From positions 1,426,001-1,490,000 of the forward strand of contig OZ374565.1 in the NCBI GenBank assembly GCA_977862235.1: 64,000 nucleotides of DNA, given 5' to 3'. The translations under genes and the position numbers were made by a program. Below, in pieces: positions 33,001 through 46,168 of this stretch. How positions within the stretch are numbered: position 1 is the first letter of the stretch; every line of letters starts with the position of its first letter. The notes beneath the pieces are model-generated. The model saw only the letters and a list, made by a program, of their open reading frames with translations. It was not told the origin of the DNA and did not search any database. The stretch comes from Dudresnaya verticillata (taxonomy: Eukaryota).

Positions 33001-35064
33001 AAGTGCCGAGGGTCTTTTCAAAGCTTTCGCTTCCTCTTTATCATCTGCAGGACATCGCCATGCTTCATCTAGTATCAAAATTCGTTTGCAACGCGCATTG
33101 GCGATATTATTATCCGAACGGTGTTGGGAAACTTCATTACCGTATCAAAAAAATCGCCGTTTTCCCGACTTACCACGCACATCTGCGGTGTCTTCCCTGA
33201 CTTGCCAGGCACATTGAGTCGCAAATAATTTGCAGCTTTGCTTTTGAACCTAGAATCCTAGAAACCATACGCCTTGGCCAAGTCAGTCCCGAAGAAGTAC
33301 GGAACGAGTTGTGTGTCTGGCTAACTTTTTCGAAACCTCCTACGCTACACATGAGACCACCTCTGAGTTCCCCAGTATGTGGACTGCAGGCCCCCGACGC
33401 AGAAGCTGTCCAAAAAAAATTAAGATTACTTCTCCGCTATGTTGCGGGCGACAAACCTTGGAGGCCTATACTCGCTTCATCTGACAAAGAAAATCACAGT
33501 CTCAGCCACTCATACGACATACCGGGTAGGGTATCTCCAGCAACAGCATTCTTCGAATTGTGCTTGCGATGGAGGAGGTCAGAGGGCTGTTGTGTCGCTG
33601 GCAGATGGGACGGTACACATTTAATAATCATTTTGGTGGTACTGCTCGGGTGACGAGAAGTCCCTGGAGTTGCATGTGACGACGACACGCAGCACGAGCC
33701 AACAGTTAGAAAGGTTGGAAGTAGCCGCGTGGCTAGGACGTTCATACGCATAGGGGGTATGCTTCCGTCACAGTACGCCCTCTTTCTCACCATGTTCTGA
33801 GCAGATTGAGTGCGGAGCTTCCCAGCTCTGTGCCTTGACGGGCATCGCATCAATGCATAATTCCATTCGCGGAGCGAGGTTTTGCAACCGCATTGATTGT
33901 ACTTGGGCAGTGAAGGATTCGAAACCCTTAGCCAATACTGCTTTCCTATCACGCGTGACAGCCTATTCGTGATGAGCCTTGTCGCGGAGTCACTTCAGAG
34001 GCCGAAGCATACAACATCCCTCTCGTCCTGAAGAAGCAAAAAGCAGATTGGTTAGCTCGGAAGGTGCTAGGTGCACTCCCCGGTCACCTCACGACAGAAA
34101 ACAAACGTACGGGTAGAGTAGGTACACGACAAAATGGCATATCAGCTTCGGTACCCGTCAGGATTTTAATATTCACTAACACAGAACAGCGCCCTAGAGG
34201 GGCTCTTCAGAGAAGGCAAGCCCTGTGACACCCTGAGCAAGGCAGCTTATCAAAGTGCTGCCGTTGGGCCGTGCAGCCATGGGCCTTTGTCAGATGTCAA
34301 GCCATCCGTGGCACGCAACTTGCCTAAAACCGAGTCCTTTCGCGTCTCCTGTCGCGTATCGAAACAGATTTGTCGTCATGGAGAGAACCCCATCCAATGA
34401 AGCAGAGGTAGAGATTAGGGCGTAGCTGCCAGATGGAAGGTTGGGCAACATGGCCATCACCGTTCCCGTTACGCACAGGAAGGTCTTTTTTTGGAATTTT
34501 TGGAATGCGTACCGGGTTCCTCCTCAAGCGGTACTGAAACTCATCTCTTTGGGCGTATCCTGCCGAGATACATTTGCGTTGTATGTAATTGCTCTAATAC
34601 AGCGACTCGACAGGTCGAGGTAGTCGAACTTTTCGCGTTGGTAGACAACCCGGCAATCTACGTACCTCCTGCTCCAACGAATCCGGATCCGTCTTTCAAA
34701 AAAACGCATTGAATGAAATTCCACTCAAACCGAGTATGACGCTTGCCGCTGTGGTGTGTTGTGTCGAGTTTGAGAAGGAAGCACCCCGCCGTCGGGGTGG
34801 TTTACTGAGGTGGCGCCGGCGAGGCGCACGACCGCAGTGTACAAACAATATTCCTCTACCCCAAAACGTCCCCGCCCAGCTAGCCTGGTAGTCGGGGGAC
34901 TTATACAAAATGACAGTCTAGACTTGCGGCGCACGCCGATAACCCCGGGTACCTCGCGAGGTCACCCGAGGTGCAAATGCACCGACTTGGTGGCCCAGCC
35001 GGGTTGCGACAGGTGTACAAGCCCTATTAGCCTGCCACCTGACACGTTCTACACTCCCCGGACT

Positions 35065-35397
35065 CTACTTCCGAGCGAGGTTACCCCGGAAGACCCACTG
35101 CTCGACGGGGGTATCGTCAACTCCAGTCGATAACAGTGCTTCAAGCGGTTTGCACGTCTTCGGCTTGGTGAGGCCATCTGCGATGTTAACCTCGCCGCGC
35201 ACGAACCCGATACTTGATATCTCATGCGCGTTGTAGGATTGACGAACGGCGGCGACATCAATCATTAGTCGTCGCTCTTTCGTCCTTAAGCCCTTGGTTA
35301 CCACGTCAAAAAGCTGTCGAGAGTCTGTGCGCAACTGCAGCGGTATGTGACGATTCAGCATTCGTTGGAGGTCATGACGCAGCATGAATGCGCTGTC
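35065..35397 (-). pseudogene. pol: Copia RNase H C-terminal part
   Basis: LRTDSRQLFD..ERRLMID..NIADGLTK; joins in frame to AFTEGFDS at 46924. Confidence 0.9.
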
Positions 35398-38300
35398 TGT
35401 GGTGCAATCCACTCGGTAGAGTTGAGGGTGCACCTCAGGCGGTTCGGGGGCCTGGCGGTAGCAGGTGAGGTAGTAGCGGTAGAGCAGGGGAATAGCCCCG
35501 TAGTGCGACTGTAAAACACTACAAGACCGAGAAAGGGGATTACCCTAGAAAGAAAGAGAAAACAAAGGAAAAATAAGAGAAAAGCAGGATTCTGTACGGT
35601 GAAGAAGGGTAGCGGAGGTACTGGAGTCCAGCCTAGAGAGGTAGTCGATAGGGTAGGAGGGTACGTCTCGCTGGGCCCAAGCTTAGCCGTTTACTGTAGA
35701 AGGGCGCACCTCAGGGCCCTAATATACTATGTAGGAGGCGGGTGCGCCTTGGTGGCGGATTAAGGTAAGGGAAGGGGGCGCGCCACTTGGCATTACGTGG
35801 CGCGCGCAATTCTATAATTATCTACTAAAATATCAACTGTCAGCCTAGTGGCAGTGTGGCTGAACGGTGTGCGCCAAGGGGGCGCACGTGTGCACGTGTA
35901 CGCGTTGTCGTCTTGCGGGGCCATCCTTGCTGGCAGAGGGCGCCGGGCACTGTCAGGCCGGGCGCCTTACAGAGGCATTTCCCCAGTATCATTGCTGGCG
36001 GTGAATCCGCGATTTGAGGGAAATGAGCACAGGTGAGTTGCACCACATCTCCCCCCCGTTAAGAAGTGACCCCCGCGAGCCCAACCCACGAACGATGTTG
36101 ATATCCCACTGAAGATTACGTTCCCTTCTCAGAAAGCACAATCTGCAATAGTTATAGGCCCATATGTGGCAATCCGACTTTTGCATTCATTCCGGAAAGC
36201 AGTGGACGGTACGAGGTGTCCGACGGTCTCCACAGCCGAACCGACCTGTTCAATGTTGTTGTAGATACGTAGTACGCCATCCTCACATATTTTCCTCACA
36301 TCGGTCCAGTTGGTGGACCGACTGGTCCTTTTCATGGCCCGATTGGTCCTCTAGTGGACCGTCCGGTCCGGGGCCACTGTAAATGCATTATAGTAACCGT
36401 GGTAACCGTAGGGCTACGCAAGGGTCGCTGCGTCCCCTGTCTCGGTGTCTTGCGGCCGTTTCCAATTTGTATCATAGATGGGCCGTGTATGAGACATTTC
36501 CTCTTTTTGCAGTACTGCACACTCTAACGGAGCACTAAGTCGAAAATCGACAGTTTCCAGCCTCGCCCACGTCGCGTGCGACTGAGCTTTAGTCAGCGCA
36601 TTGCCGTCATCGGCTTTTTGCGTCGAACGGGAATTCCCGAGATTGCCACCCGCGGCAGCGACGAGGGACTCCTCGAGGCTGCCGTGGGTAAGGGGTATAA
36701 CCCAGATGGCGAGGATGAAGCAGGCCCAAGCGGGCCTGCTGATGTCTAGTCGAGCGTCGACATTTGGCGTGGGTGTGGGCAACCGACCCTGTGGGACTAG
36801 CCCATGCGCTGTAGTAAGGAGAGCGCCGCCATGATCAGGACTTATTAAAGTTTGCCTGTTATTTTGTTTGCCGTAATGCGGCGCGTCGCTCTTAGGGGAG
36901 TTTCCCTGAGCGATAATAAAGCGTAGCGATTCGCATATGTCGAAGTCAGCGCTGCGCGGAGGTCGCGATATGTCATCATTGGGGCATACGCCGCGCAGTG
37001 TGGAAGTCCACAAACCGTAAGCCGCTTGTACGTGGGTGTGCTTTGACCACATGGCGTGCGGTTGCTCAAGGCCGTTGGCGGCTTAGAGCGGTAGGTACGG
37101 ATTTCCGTTTTGGGCATGGCTCGTAATGCCAACTTAGTCGTGAACGACTTGGCGGAGGAGGTGCGGTGTGATTGCGGTCGTCCGCTAGGGTGGCCCTCCG
37201 TGTGGACACGCGGCAGATGATTGGTGCGGAATGCGCCGGCACCATGATTGTCCAATGGATATCCATAGAGTGGCGCATTGCACGTGACCTGCATGCCCAC
37301 TACGACGAGTACAGTAGACCAAAAGTGTACTGTGGTCTAGCCACATTAATTGGTTATGCCGAAGTATGTGATCGCGTGCGTTGGCCTATGTCGCATTCTG
37401 ACCCGGTTAACCGGACGCATGTGCGTAAGCGTCTACCCGAGTAGTTGGGCAGTAGGGCGATCCCGCTCGTTTAGCTAAGTGGAATGCCACGCGAAATAGT
37501 GGCATGTCCACTGTAGGGGTGCCGACTGGCCTGTGCCCGAGCTCTCGGTCGTGTGGGATACCAATTTTGTCGAACACTTGTAGTTGTAGGTGCCGCGTGA
37601 GCACGCGCAGGCAGAGGCACTCCCCTAGCGTTGGGGGGTGGTACCCCAGTCCGTCGGTGGCTCTTGTTCAGTGTTTACGGAATTCCGTTCAGTAGAGCTG
37701 CCTTTGCAGCGTCAGTTGTAGGCGACGGGGAGGTGGCGGCAGGAGTTGGTTGCGGCCTTTGTAGGGGTGTTCCCCAATCGTTGGGCATTAGAGGGGTTCC
37801 GTGGGACACCACATTAGAGTGAGGTTTAGGTGTAGGTATCCCCCCTTTCCATGGGGGAGCGGATGCCAAAGGCCATCGACTGCTCAGCCCCGCGATTACG
37901 GAATTCCGTTGTAAGGATGGCAGCTTTGGTAGGGTCCGCCGCAGACGGCTTGGAGACGGCCATAGCGTATGACTGCGCTCTGCTACAGTCCACGTGGAGG
38001 AGTTCCCCTTTGGATTCGCCAAAAAGGCGTTATGGAGCGCCTCATATCAGATGGGTCGCGGGCGTTGCGTTGTTGTTGACGTCAACGCGTACGCGAATGC
38101 CCTGCGATGCGGAATGCCGCTTTCTGTGAACGACCTGTGCCAAGTCGTTCCCCTTCGTACGGGGGAACGGGAGCTCAAGGCCGTTGGTGGCTAGGAGCAA
38201 TCGTTACGGAATCCCGTTTTGTGCATGCTCGTGTCATTGACTTAGTCGTATTCGACTTTGGGAGCGACGATGGCGACCAATTGCGGCAAACCGCTAGGGT

Positions 38301-38493
38301 GAGTGGGTGCGCGTAGGGAGGCTCTGATTGGTGCGGTGATAATTATTATCGTGGCCGACCAATGAGATACGATATTGTGGCGTACAGTTCTCCCATTGTG
38401 TGTGCGGCAGCTACTGTGGCATCAACTTCCCAATGTGGTATGTCCACTCCATGTGTGACTTAGCAGATAGCTGCGCACTTTCTATTTTGGAGG

Positions 38494-41400
38494 CTAGCCC
38501 ACCATGGCCTTTGTAATTGTGGCGGGGACACCGAGGCGTCTCCTTCTACAATAGGAGATGACTTGGCTCCGGGGGAGGTGTTGTATGGGCTCCCAAGTAT
38601 TTTGGGATGACGGGTACCCGTACCATTTCACTTCAAACAGAAGTTCTGTATTATCATAACTGTGGTTCACCACTTTTTCGATGACGTACTCGTCACGTGG
38701 CGGGGTGTCTTCATTGTGTCGGCGCCTTGATGACAGGGTGTCATCTGGCGCCGGTGCTTGAGGTGGGTCCTCTGGCCGAGTATCCAACTGGGACACGCGT
38801 GGCGCGGCGGTAGCTATACGGCGACTCCGTCTGGGGCTTGGCGTGCCAATGGTCGCAGTTGTGACTTGATTGCGGTCTGCCGCTTCCGGTCCGAGGCTCC
38901 GGCTCACGAGAGGCCGCGTAGGGATTTCCCTAATGTTGTCGTCAAACGTGACGCTCTTTCTTGGTGGGCGTGGAGAATTCTCCTTGTGATGGTCTTTCGT
39001 TCTCAACGCGTCTGGCGCCACATCGCGTGTCGCGCTTTCATGGGCGTAATCCTTCCCCTCAGCGGGTCGGGGTTCGGCCTGAATAGGGGGCCCTGGCGCG
39101 GAGCCCTCGGTTACTCGAATCGTAGGCGAGCCTTTGCGGAGTATGTCCGGCGTGGTGGCTTCTTGTGGAATATCCACATTCTCAAGGGTAGTTCTCGTTG
39201 GTTGCGAGAGGAGCTTCCCCTGAGGAGTATGCCCCAGGGCGGAAGTCGTGCCCGTGTTGTGTGCAGGTTGCCGCTGATGAGGCATTTCCTCCCCTACCGT
39301 ACCGGCGACGGCCTTGGTGCCTTCTGAAGCAGCGTGCGGTTGATCCGCGATGGGGTGCCCATTTGCGCGGGCGTCGTTCGCTGGCCTGGATTCCGGCTCC
39401 GAACTAACGGGCGTAGGAGTTGGCGTGGAGCCGGCGGTTTCAGCGCGTGTGGTAGGTGGTGAGTGAATTGCGGTAGTCCGCGTGCGGACGCCAGTGGTGC
39501 GTCCGGGTACTATGGGAGGCGGTAAATCCGCCAACCCGCGATCGTTGCGTGGCTGTATGGCTGGCGCCACAGCATGAAAAGTAATTGGGGCATTTTCCCC
39601 GTGAGACACAGTAGCTCCAGCAGAGCGCTGTACTCGAGCATGATCATTATTGAGATAGCTCGTTGGCGGTAAATCCGCATCTGTCGGGCCTGCCGTCCCT
39701 TCGGCGTTGGCTTGGTTGGTCGCGTCCCTTGGTGGGGCGGGCGCCAACATGACTCTGTCGCGGGAAATCCGCTCGTATTCAGGCCCGTCCTTCTCGACGG
39801 TGACCGTCTTGTCATTTGCGTCACTCACGCGATAGGGTCCGTCGGCGATAGGCGCCAGTTTGTGTTTTGGGGTATCCTTCCCATAGTACTCCTTGCGTAC
39901 GTAGACGTAGGAGTCTACTCCGATGACGTCGCGTGAGGGACGTACTCTATTATCGAAATTGCGTTTGTATCGCGCTTGTGTCTGGTCAACGCCTTTTGTG
40001 GCCGTTGACAGTAGTCATGTGAGCCAGGATTGCCACTTGTCGTGGAATGTAGCCGAACTCGGCACTGGTTCCAGTGAGGGATGTGCCTCGACGCTTAGAG
40101 CGGGTGGCGGTCTGGAAAGAACCAGTTGGAAGGGGGCCAGGTTCGTGGTAGAATGAACTTGCGTATTGTACGCGTAGGTGATGGCATCTGAGAATAAATC
40201 CCATTCACGCGGATGGTCCGCAACGTAGTGCAGTAGCGCGGCGCGCATTGTGCGGTTGAACCGCTCAACCTGCCCATTGCATTGGGGGTGATAGGTCGTA
40301 GTAAAGAGGTTTTTGATCCCCAAAGTTCCACATAACGACTGAAACAACTTTGCGGCAAATTGTCCGCCATTATCCGACAGTAGGTACAACGGAGGTCCGT
40401 AGACGTAGATCCAATGCGTAATGAACGCTTCGGCAACTTTCGCAGCCGTAATCTTCTTCATCGGAACTGTCCGAACAAGTTTGGAGAAACGGTCTGTGAT
40501 GACCAAGAGGAATCGATTACCTCGTTTCGTGCGAATCAGTTCGCCATAGATGTCAATGGAGACGAACTCCAGGGGTGCTTTTGCTGGAAACAGCTTCATG
40601 TGCTTTGTATTACGGCGTAGCATAACGCGATTTCGTGCGCAGGTTGTGCAGTTTCGTACGGTGGCGTAACAGTCCACAGCCATGGAAGGCCAGTAGAATG
40701 ATCTACGGAGTGAGTAATACATCTTGCGACCACCGGGATGTCCGGATAGTTTCGGGAAGTGTGCCAGGTGTAGCACACGTGCGCGAAGGGTAAAGGGTAT
40801 CACGATTTGAGGAAGTGCCTCTCGTGTGCGAATGAGGACTCCTGTCTCGTCCAGCGCGAAAGGTAACCCCTCCCCCCCGTTAAGACGAGAACGCAGCGAG
40901 GAGCAGAAAGCATCTGCTAATTGCGTTTGAAGAAGCTCTTCCGTCGTGATTGGGCGCAAGAGCTCAGGTTGGTTTGACGGCGGATTCGCCAGAAGGAGTT
41001 GGTCCGAGACTTCGTCGTCCAATTCGAGGAATTCCTCATGATCGCAAACGGTGCAGGTTGAAAGAGCATTCGCCTCAACGTGGAAACACGGAATTTCGTC
41101 GTCGATATCGACTTGGGTTTCGCCAAGCGTTTGAAGACGCGAAAGGGCGTCAGCTTGGGTGTTGATGCGTCCCTTTTTGTAGCGGACGTCGAAGTCGACT
41201 TCCGACATACGTAGGCGCCAGCGCATTAAGCGCCCGGAGGGATCATTAATCTCCATTAGCCAACGAAGAGAGGAGTGATCGGTGTGTATGGTAAACTTTT
41301 CCATTTGTAGGTAGGGCCGTAAAGTGGTAACAGCCTACACCAGTGCCAAACACTCCTTCTCGGAACCGAGTAATTCTTTTCGGCGGCTTGCAGAGAACGG

Positions 41401-43560
41401 GACCAGTACCCGAGAGGTTTCCGCGTACCGTCGGTGTGCGTTTGGAACAAAGCGCAACCGACCTGGTAATTCGACGCGTCGGTATCGACAGAATAGGGAA
41501 AGCCAGGTTTTGGCAGAGATAGTACCGGGGGTTCCGTGACAGCTTTGATCAGCGTCTGGAACGCGGCCTCCTGTTTGTCGTCGAGCGACTCAATATTGTC
41601 CTGGTGATCCTTTTTGAGGAGCCCGTTCAGTGGTCCTGCCACGTGAGAGTAATTGGGGACAAACCTCCTATATACGTTACACAATCCGAGGAAAGACCTC
41701 AATTCCGTTTGCGTACGTGGGTGTTTTGCTTTGCGGAGTGCCGCCGTGACCGTTGGGTCGACCCGCAGTTCGCCGGGGTGGATGATATGGCCCAGGTAGT
41801 TGACGGTGTTTGTGAATAAGTCACATTTCTTCAGTTTGAGGGTAACCGCGGCTTGGTCCAATGCAGTCAGGATCTGCTCGACGTGTTTAAAGTGGGATTC
41901 CACGTCTTTGGAGTAGATGATAACATCGTCCAAGTAAACGAGGCATGTCTGCCACTTGAAACCTGAGAGCAGGATATCCAGGGTCCGCTGGAAGGTAGCG
42001 GGTGCATTGGTAAGGCCAAATGGCATTCGCTTGTAGCGGAAGGTTCCCGCATGGCAAGTAAACGTGGTTTTGTCACGATCGCGACCGTTGATGGGGATTT
42101 TCCAATACCCCGAGTTGCAATCGAGCGTATTGAAGACGTTCGCTTCGCCGAGTGAATCGATGCATTCATCGATGCGAGGTAACGGGTAGGTATCCCGAAC
42201 AGTTGAGGCATTTAAACGTCGGTAATCGACACAGAATCGTAAGGTACCGTCCTTTTTAGGCACCAAAACAACTGGAGACGCCCAGGGAGATTGTGCCGGT
42301 TCTATAACACCAGCTCGTAGCATGCGGTCAACTTCCGCTTGTTCCACTTGGCGTTGCTTCGGACCCGCCCGATAGGGTGGGCACGAGAACGGCCTCGTAC
42401 CCGGAATCATGTCGATGTAGTGTTCCGTAGTGGTGATTTCACCTAGTGAACCATCCCACATTGTAGAAACCTACTAAGTAATTCCCGCACGCGCTCGGCG
42501 TCATTCTCCGTCAGGGGGGATAAATCCACGTCGTCCACCGAAGGTGGAGGTTCGTTTTCAACTTCAAGGGTCTTCGCGTGAGCGTCACCTTTGTTTGTCG
42601 TATTAGACAGTCTTCCCAGTCGTTGGGTTTTTGTTGCGGTATCGTCCGCTAAGTCAGCCAACCCAAGCACGTCCGCCAGCCGGATGGGACTGGGTACCAC
42701 GGCGGTGGGGTGCGGGAGGGCGGTAGCGACGACCTGGTTCTTCGGAAGAACTTGGTCGTGCGAGGTGAAGTTCGCGACTAGAATGCGGAACGGCCGCTTT
42801 GGTTCAACATGGGCTATTCCATTCGTTGCGATGATTCCTTGCCGGTGATACGGCTTGTCGTAGGGCTGAAGGCAAATCAGCCCCGCGCGTTCTGTGGTTA
42901 CTGAAACCCACTTTTGCGCTTGGGCTGGGATTACGGTTCGTCCCGCTACGCGTATTTTTGTTGAGGTATGTCCTCTTAGTGGCTCGTACTCCTGATCGTC
43001 AGGTAGTGGAGGAGCCGTGGGCGGTCGTTTCAATGGTCGCCGTGTAATCGGCACGCGAGTCCCATTGTCGAGTTCGACTTCACGGCTCCTCGGGTAGATG
43101 GCTTCTACGAAACGATCGCAGAAGTCACATCCGAGGATGACCGGGGCGGCGAGTCTCTCGCAGACTATAAAGTCAAGTTTGACAATGCGGTCATCCGAGG
43201 ATGACCGGGGCGGCGAGTCTCTCGCAGACTATAAAGTCAAGTTTGACAATGCGGTCATCCGAGGATGACCGGGGCGGCGAGTCTCTCGCAGACTATAAAG
43301 TCAAGTTTGACAATGCGGTCGCCCAGCCGAACGACCAAGGCGATGACGCCGGATGTTTGCAACGGCCGATTGTTGGCGTCGCTGATGGTGGGGATGTCCC
43401 CTTCTCGAATGCGGGACTCCGCTTGAGGTGGTAGTTCAGATTTTCTGATAAAGTTGGGACCGGCACCGGTATCTAGCACAGTAAGTTTACGCGATAGGTA
43501 GCTTGGGTGTAAACCCGTATCGGCGTATACTTTAAAGTTGCGCTTTGCCGCTATCAGCAA
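38494..43560 (-). pseudogene. pol: gypsy pol: protease (LDTGA), RT (YLDD), RNase H, integrase, long Pro/Thr-rich linker, chromodomain; frameshifted
   Basis: ORFs 43255-43560, 42443-43054, 41256-42461, 40015-41304 and 38494-39828 (EYVIEKVV..FEVKWYGY..NTWEP). Confidence 0.92.
43128..43319. repeat. Perfect 64-bp tandem triplication inside the protease
   Basis: CATCCGAGGATGACC...GACAATGCGGT starting at 43128, 43192 and 43256. Confidence 0.95.
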
Positions 43561-43769
43561 TTCGCCTTGTGCATGCGGTGGACGGTACCGGTGCCAGGGC
43601 CTACGTAATCCTGCCGTTGGTGGCGAGTCCGAGGGCCGTCTAGTCCTTGCAGGGTTCTGCAGTATAGTCTTTGGAGTTATATCCTCCTTCTTGTCGGGTC
43701 GTGACCCTTGAATGTCGATCGGAAATGTTTCCGGTTGACGTTCCCCAGTCGAAGGGGGTATGACCCCGA

Positions 43770-46168
43770 TTAGTTTTCCGAATTGCGGATGTCCGCTCGT
43801 CCGTCGCGCCCATTCGCAGGGGGATGTCCAACGGTCGCGAAAGCCTGAGGGTGGCGTTCGCTAGTGTGGGGTGCCACATTGGACGGTCCCTGGGGTCGAC
43901 CTTGAGGACTTGCCTCATCGTATTGTGCCTGTGCTTTCGCCTTCATGTAGGACGTAGCCGGCACACGCTCGCGGTCAACCGCACTGAGCGATTCATAATT
44001 GAGGATAATTCTCAGGTAGTCCTTCCATGCTAAGAAGCATTCGGGTGAAACGTGCCCAGGCTTATAGCAAATGTGACAGATAATTGTCTGCTTTGGGCCG
44101 AAGTTCCTTTGGGGATTTCCCCTATCTTGCCAACCCGGCCGTGCGCGTGTCATACCAGGTGAGTGCTCCTGGTATGGAATGCGCTGGGCCGGGACTTGGC
44201 GAGAGCGCATGAGGAGCGCATTATCTTCGCTTCCGTAGGATTCTACTTGTGAGTCGGTAGGTGGGTCGGACGAGAGCAGTGCCGCGTCCGGGTACAAAAG
44301 GTGCACCTCGGCATCCTGCTCTCCCACCTGCCTGCGTGGGACTCCACTTCCGTCTCGGAACTCAATTGACGACTCGGCCATCATAGCGGAATTACCGCGC
44401 CCTGGACGACGTCCTCCTGAAGTTGCGGTGCGGCCCGTGAGTTGGTCTTGTCCAGCGCGTGGTGCGCGGCTTCTTCCACGGTGAGCTTCACCTTCATCTT
44501 GTGCGTAATGCACTAGCCGTTCAAACGACAATTCGTGACGAGGAGTTTCCTCTCGATACCGGGCGACCAGCGAGCGGATGCTCGGGTCGAGGCCGTCGAT
44601 GAAGTACGTCATCTTCTCCCATTCCTTGTGGACATTGCCACATCGGTTACACGCTTTCGAGACTCGCATCCCGAAGCGTGTTTCTGATTCGCCCGTGTTC
44701 TGCCGGAGAGCACGGAGCTCGAGGATTGCCTCACGTAACGCGCTCGGTGTCGCGTACGTCCGCAGAAGATACTGCACGGCTTCGGGCCATGAGGACACTC
44801 CTCCATTAGAACGGGACGGAGCGGCCTTGACGGAGCGAAATTGAGTAGCTGCATTTCCGCGTAAGAAGTAGGGCAAGGCGATGAACGCCTGGGCTTCCGA
44901 CATGTCGAGAGTGTCGGCTTCGTCGACTAACCGGGAGAGAAATCCAAAATCAACACGGGGTCTTCCCCATTAAAGGAACAATCCTTCATGGTTAACTCCA
45001 GTCTTTTGATCTGGTCTTTGATCTTGCCGGTCTGTCGGCTGGTACGGGATTGTTCCGTATTCTGTAGGCGGTAGTGCCTGTAGGACAGCAATTGGTTATA
45101 CAAGGGGTTCGTTGGTTTCAGCTCCTTAAGGTGCTTATACCGCGGCCCCTTGCGTCGTGTACCATCATCGCGACGGGGATTTCCCCAAACTTCTCCATCG
45201 GAGCGGTCTGAGTCCGAGTCGTCGGACGCCGACCGGGAGAAAATTCCGTAGCCGTGGCGGTGGTGACGGCGATTGCGGGTATTCCGCGTTGAGGTACGAT
45301 GACGGTTTTGGCGTCGTGATTCACGGCGGTCTTGACGGTAGTCGTCATCATGAGGGTGGTCCGTACACCCGTAAGGGCAACTGTCCTCGGGGTAAGTGTC
45401 CCCATGTCGAGCGTGACTGTCGAATTCGACTTGTCTTCTGTTCACGCCTCCGCCATCGGGAGGCAGGGGCGGTTCGCGCTCGTTGAGGCATATGCCCTCT
45501 AGACGCTCCAAGCGGTCGGCGATCCGCGTAATGCGGTCATCGAGCGGAAGTTCCGCGGGTAGGCTTCGGGGATTCGGACGGGGCCCCCTTGCGGGAGTAG
45601 CCCCGTAGATTTCGAGGAGGCGGTTAACGTCTCCTCGAAGTGTGCGGACCTCGACGGCGAGGTCCGGGTGGTTCTTTGGAGGGTTCTCCAGGACGAGATC
45701 AATTCGAGTACTAACCTCGTTGATGCGTTGGTTGACCAAAGCCAGGCTGTCCGTTATCTGACGCGATAGCCGGGCGGCAAAAGCCTGGTCTTCCATGAGG
45801 CAAACCTCTTGAATTGCACTTCGGGGAATAGTTGTCCCGTGTATGAAGGCAACACGAGGTGCTTCCTCTTGGATTGTGGGTGACTCCACCGGAGGCGGAA
45901 GTGATGCCGAAATCGGCGGCGGAGGATTGGGCAGCGGCGGCGGAGGTGCCGGCTGCCCGTCTTGTTCTTGGCCAGTCGGGAGAGTCCCGGCTGGGTCAGG
46001 AGGTACGATCTCCACCGAGGGGGGAATGCGAGGAACCCCCTCATTGGGTATTGCCGAAAAAGCGGCTTGGACCGCAGGACTTGCCTGCGCACGTGCACGC
46101 GTCACCATATTGGCAGCAGTCTGCGTTGGGACAGACCTTGCCGATGACGGCTGTCGACGGGTGGGCAT
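43770..46168 (-). pseudogene. gag: gypsy gag (frameshift near 44930), CCHC zinc knuckle
   Basis: ORFs 44927-46168 and 43770-44903; FNGEDP, LRQ..GES, CHICYKPGHVSPEC. Confidence 0.88.

Noticed and set aside
43128..43319. Repeat array as a functional element
   Set aside because: Head-to-tail duplication of protease coding sequence with no spacers
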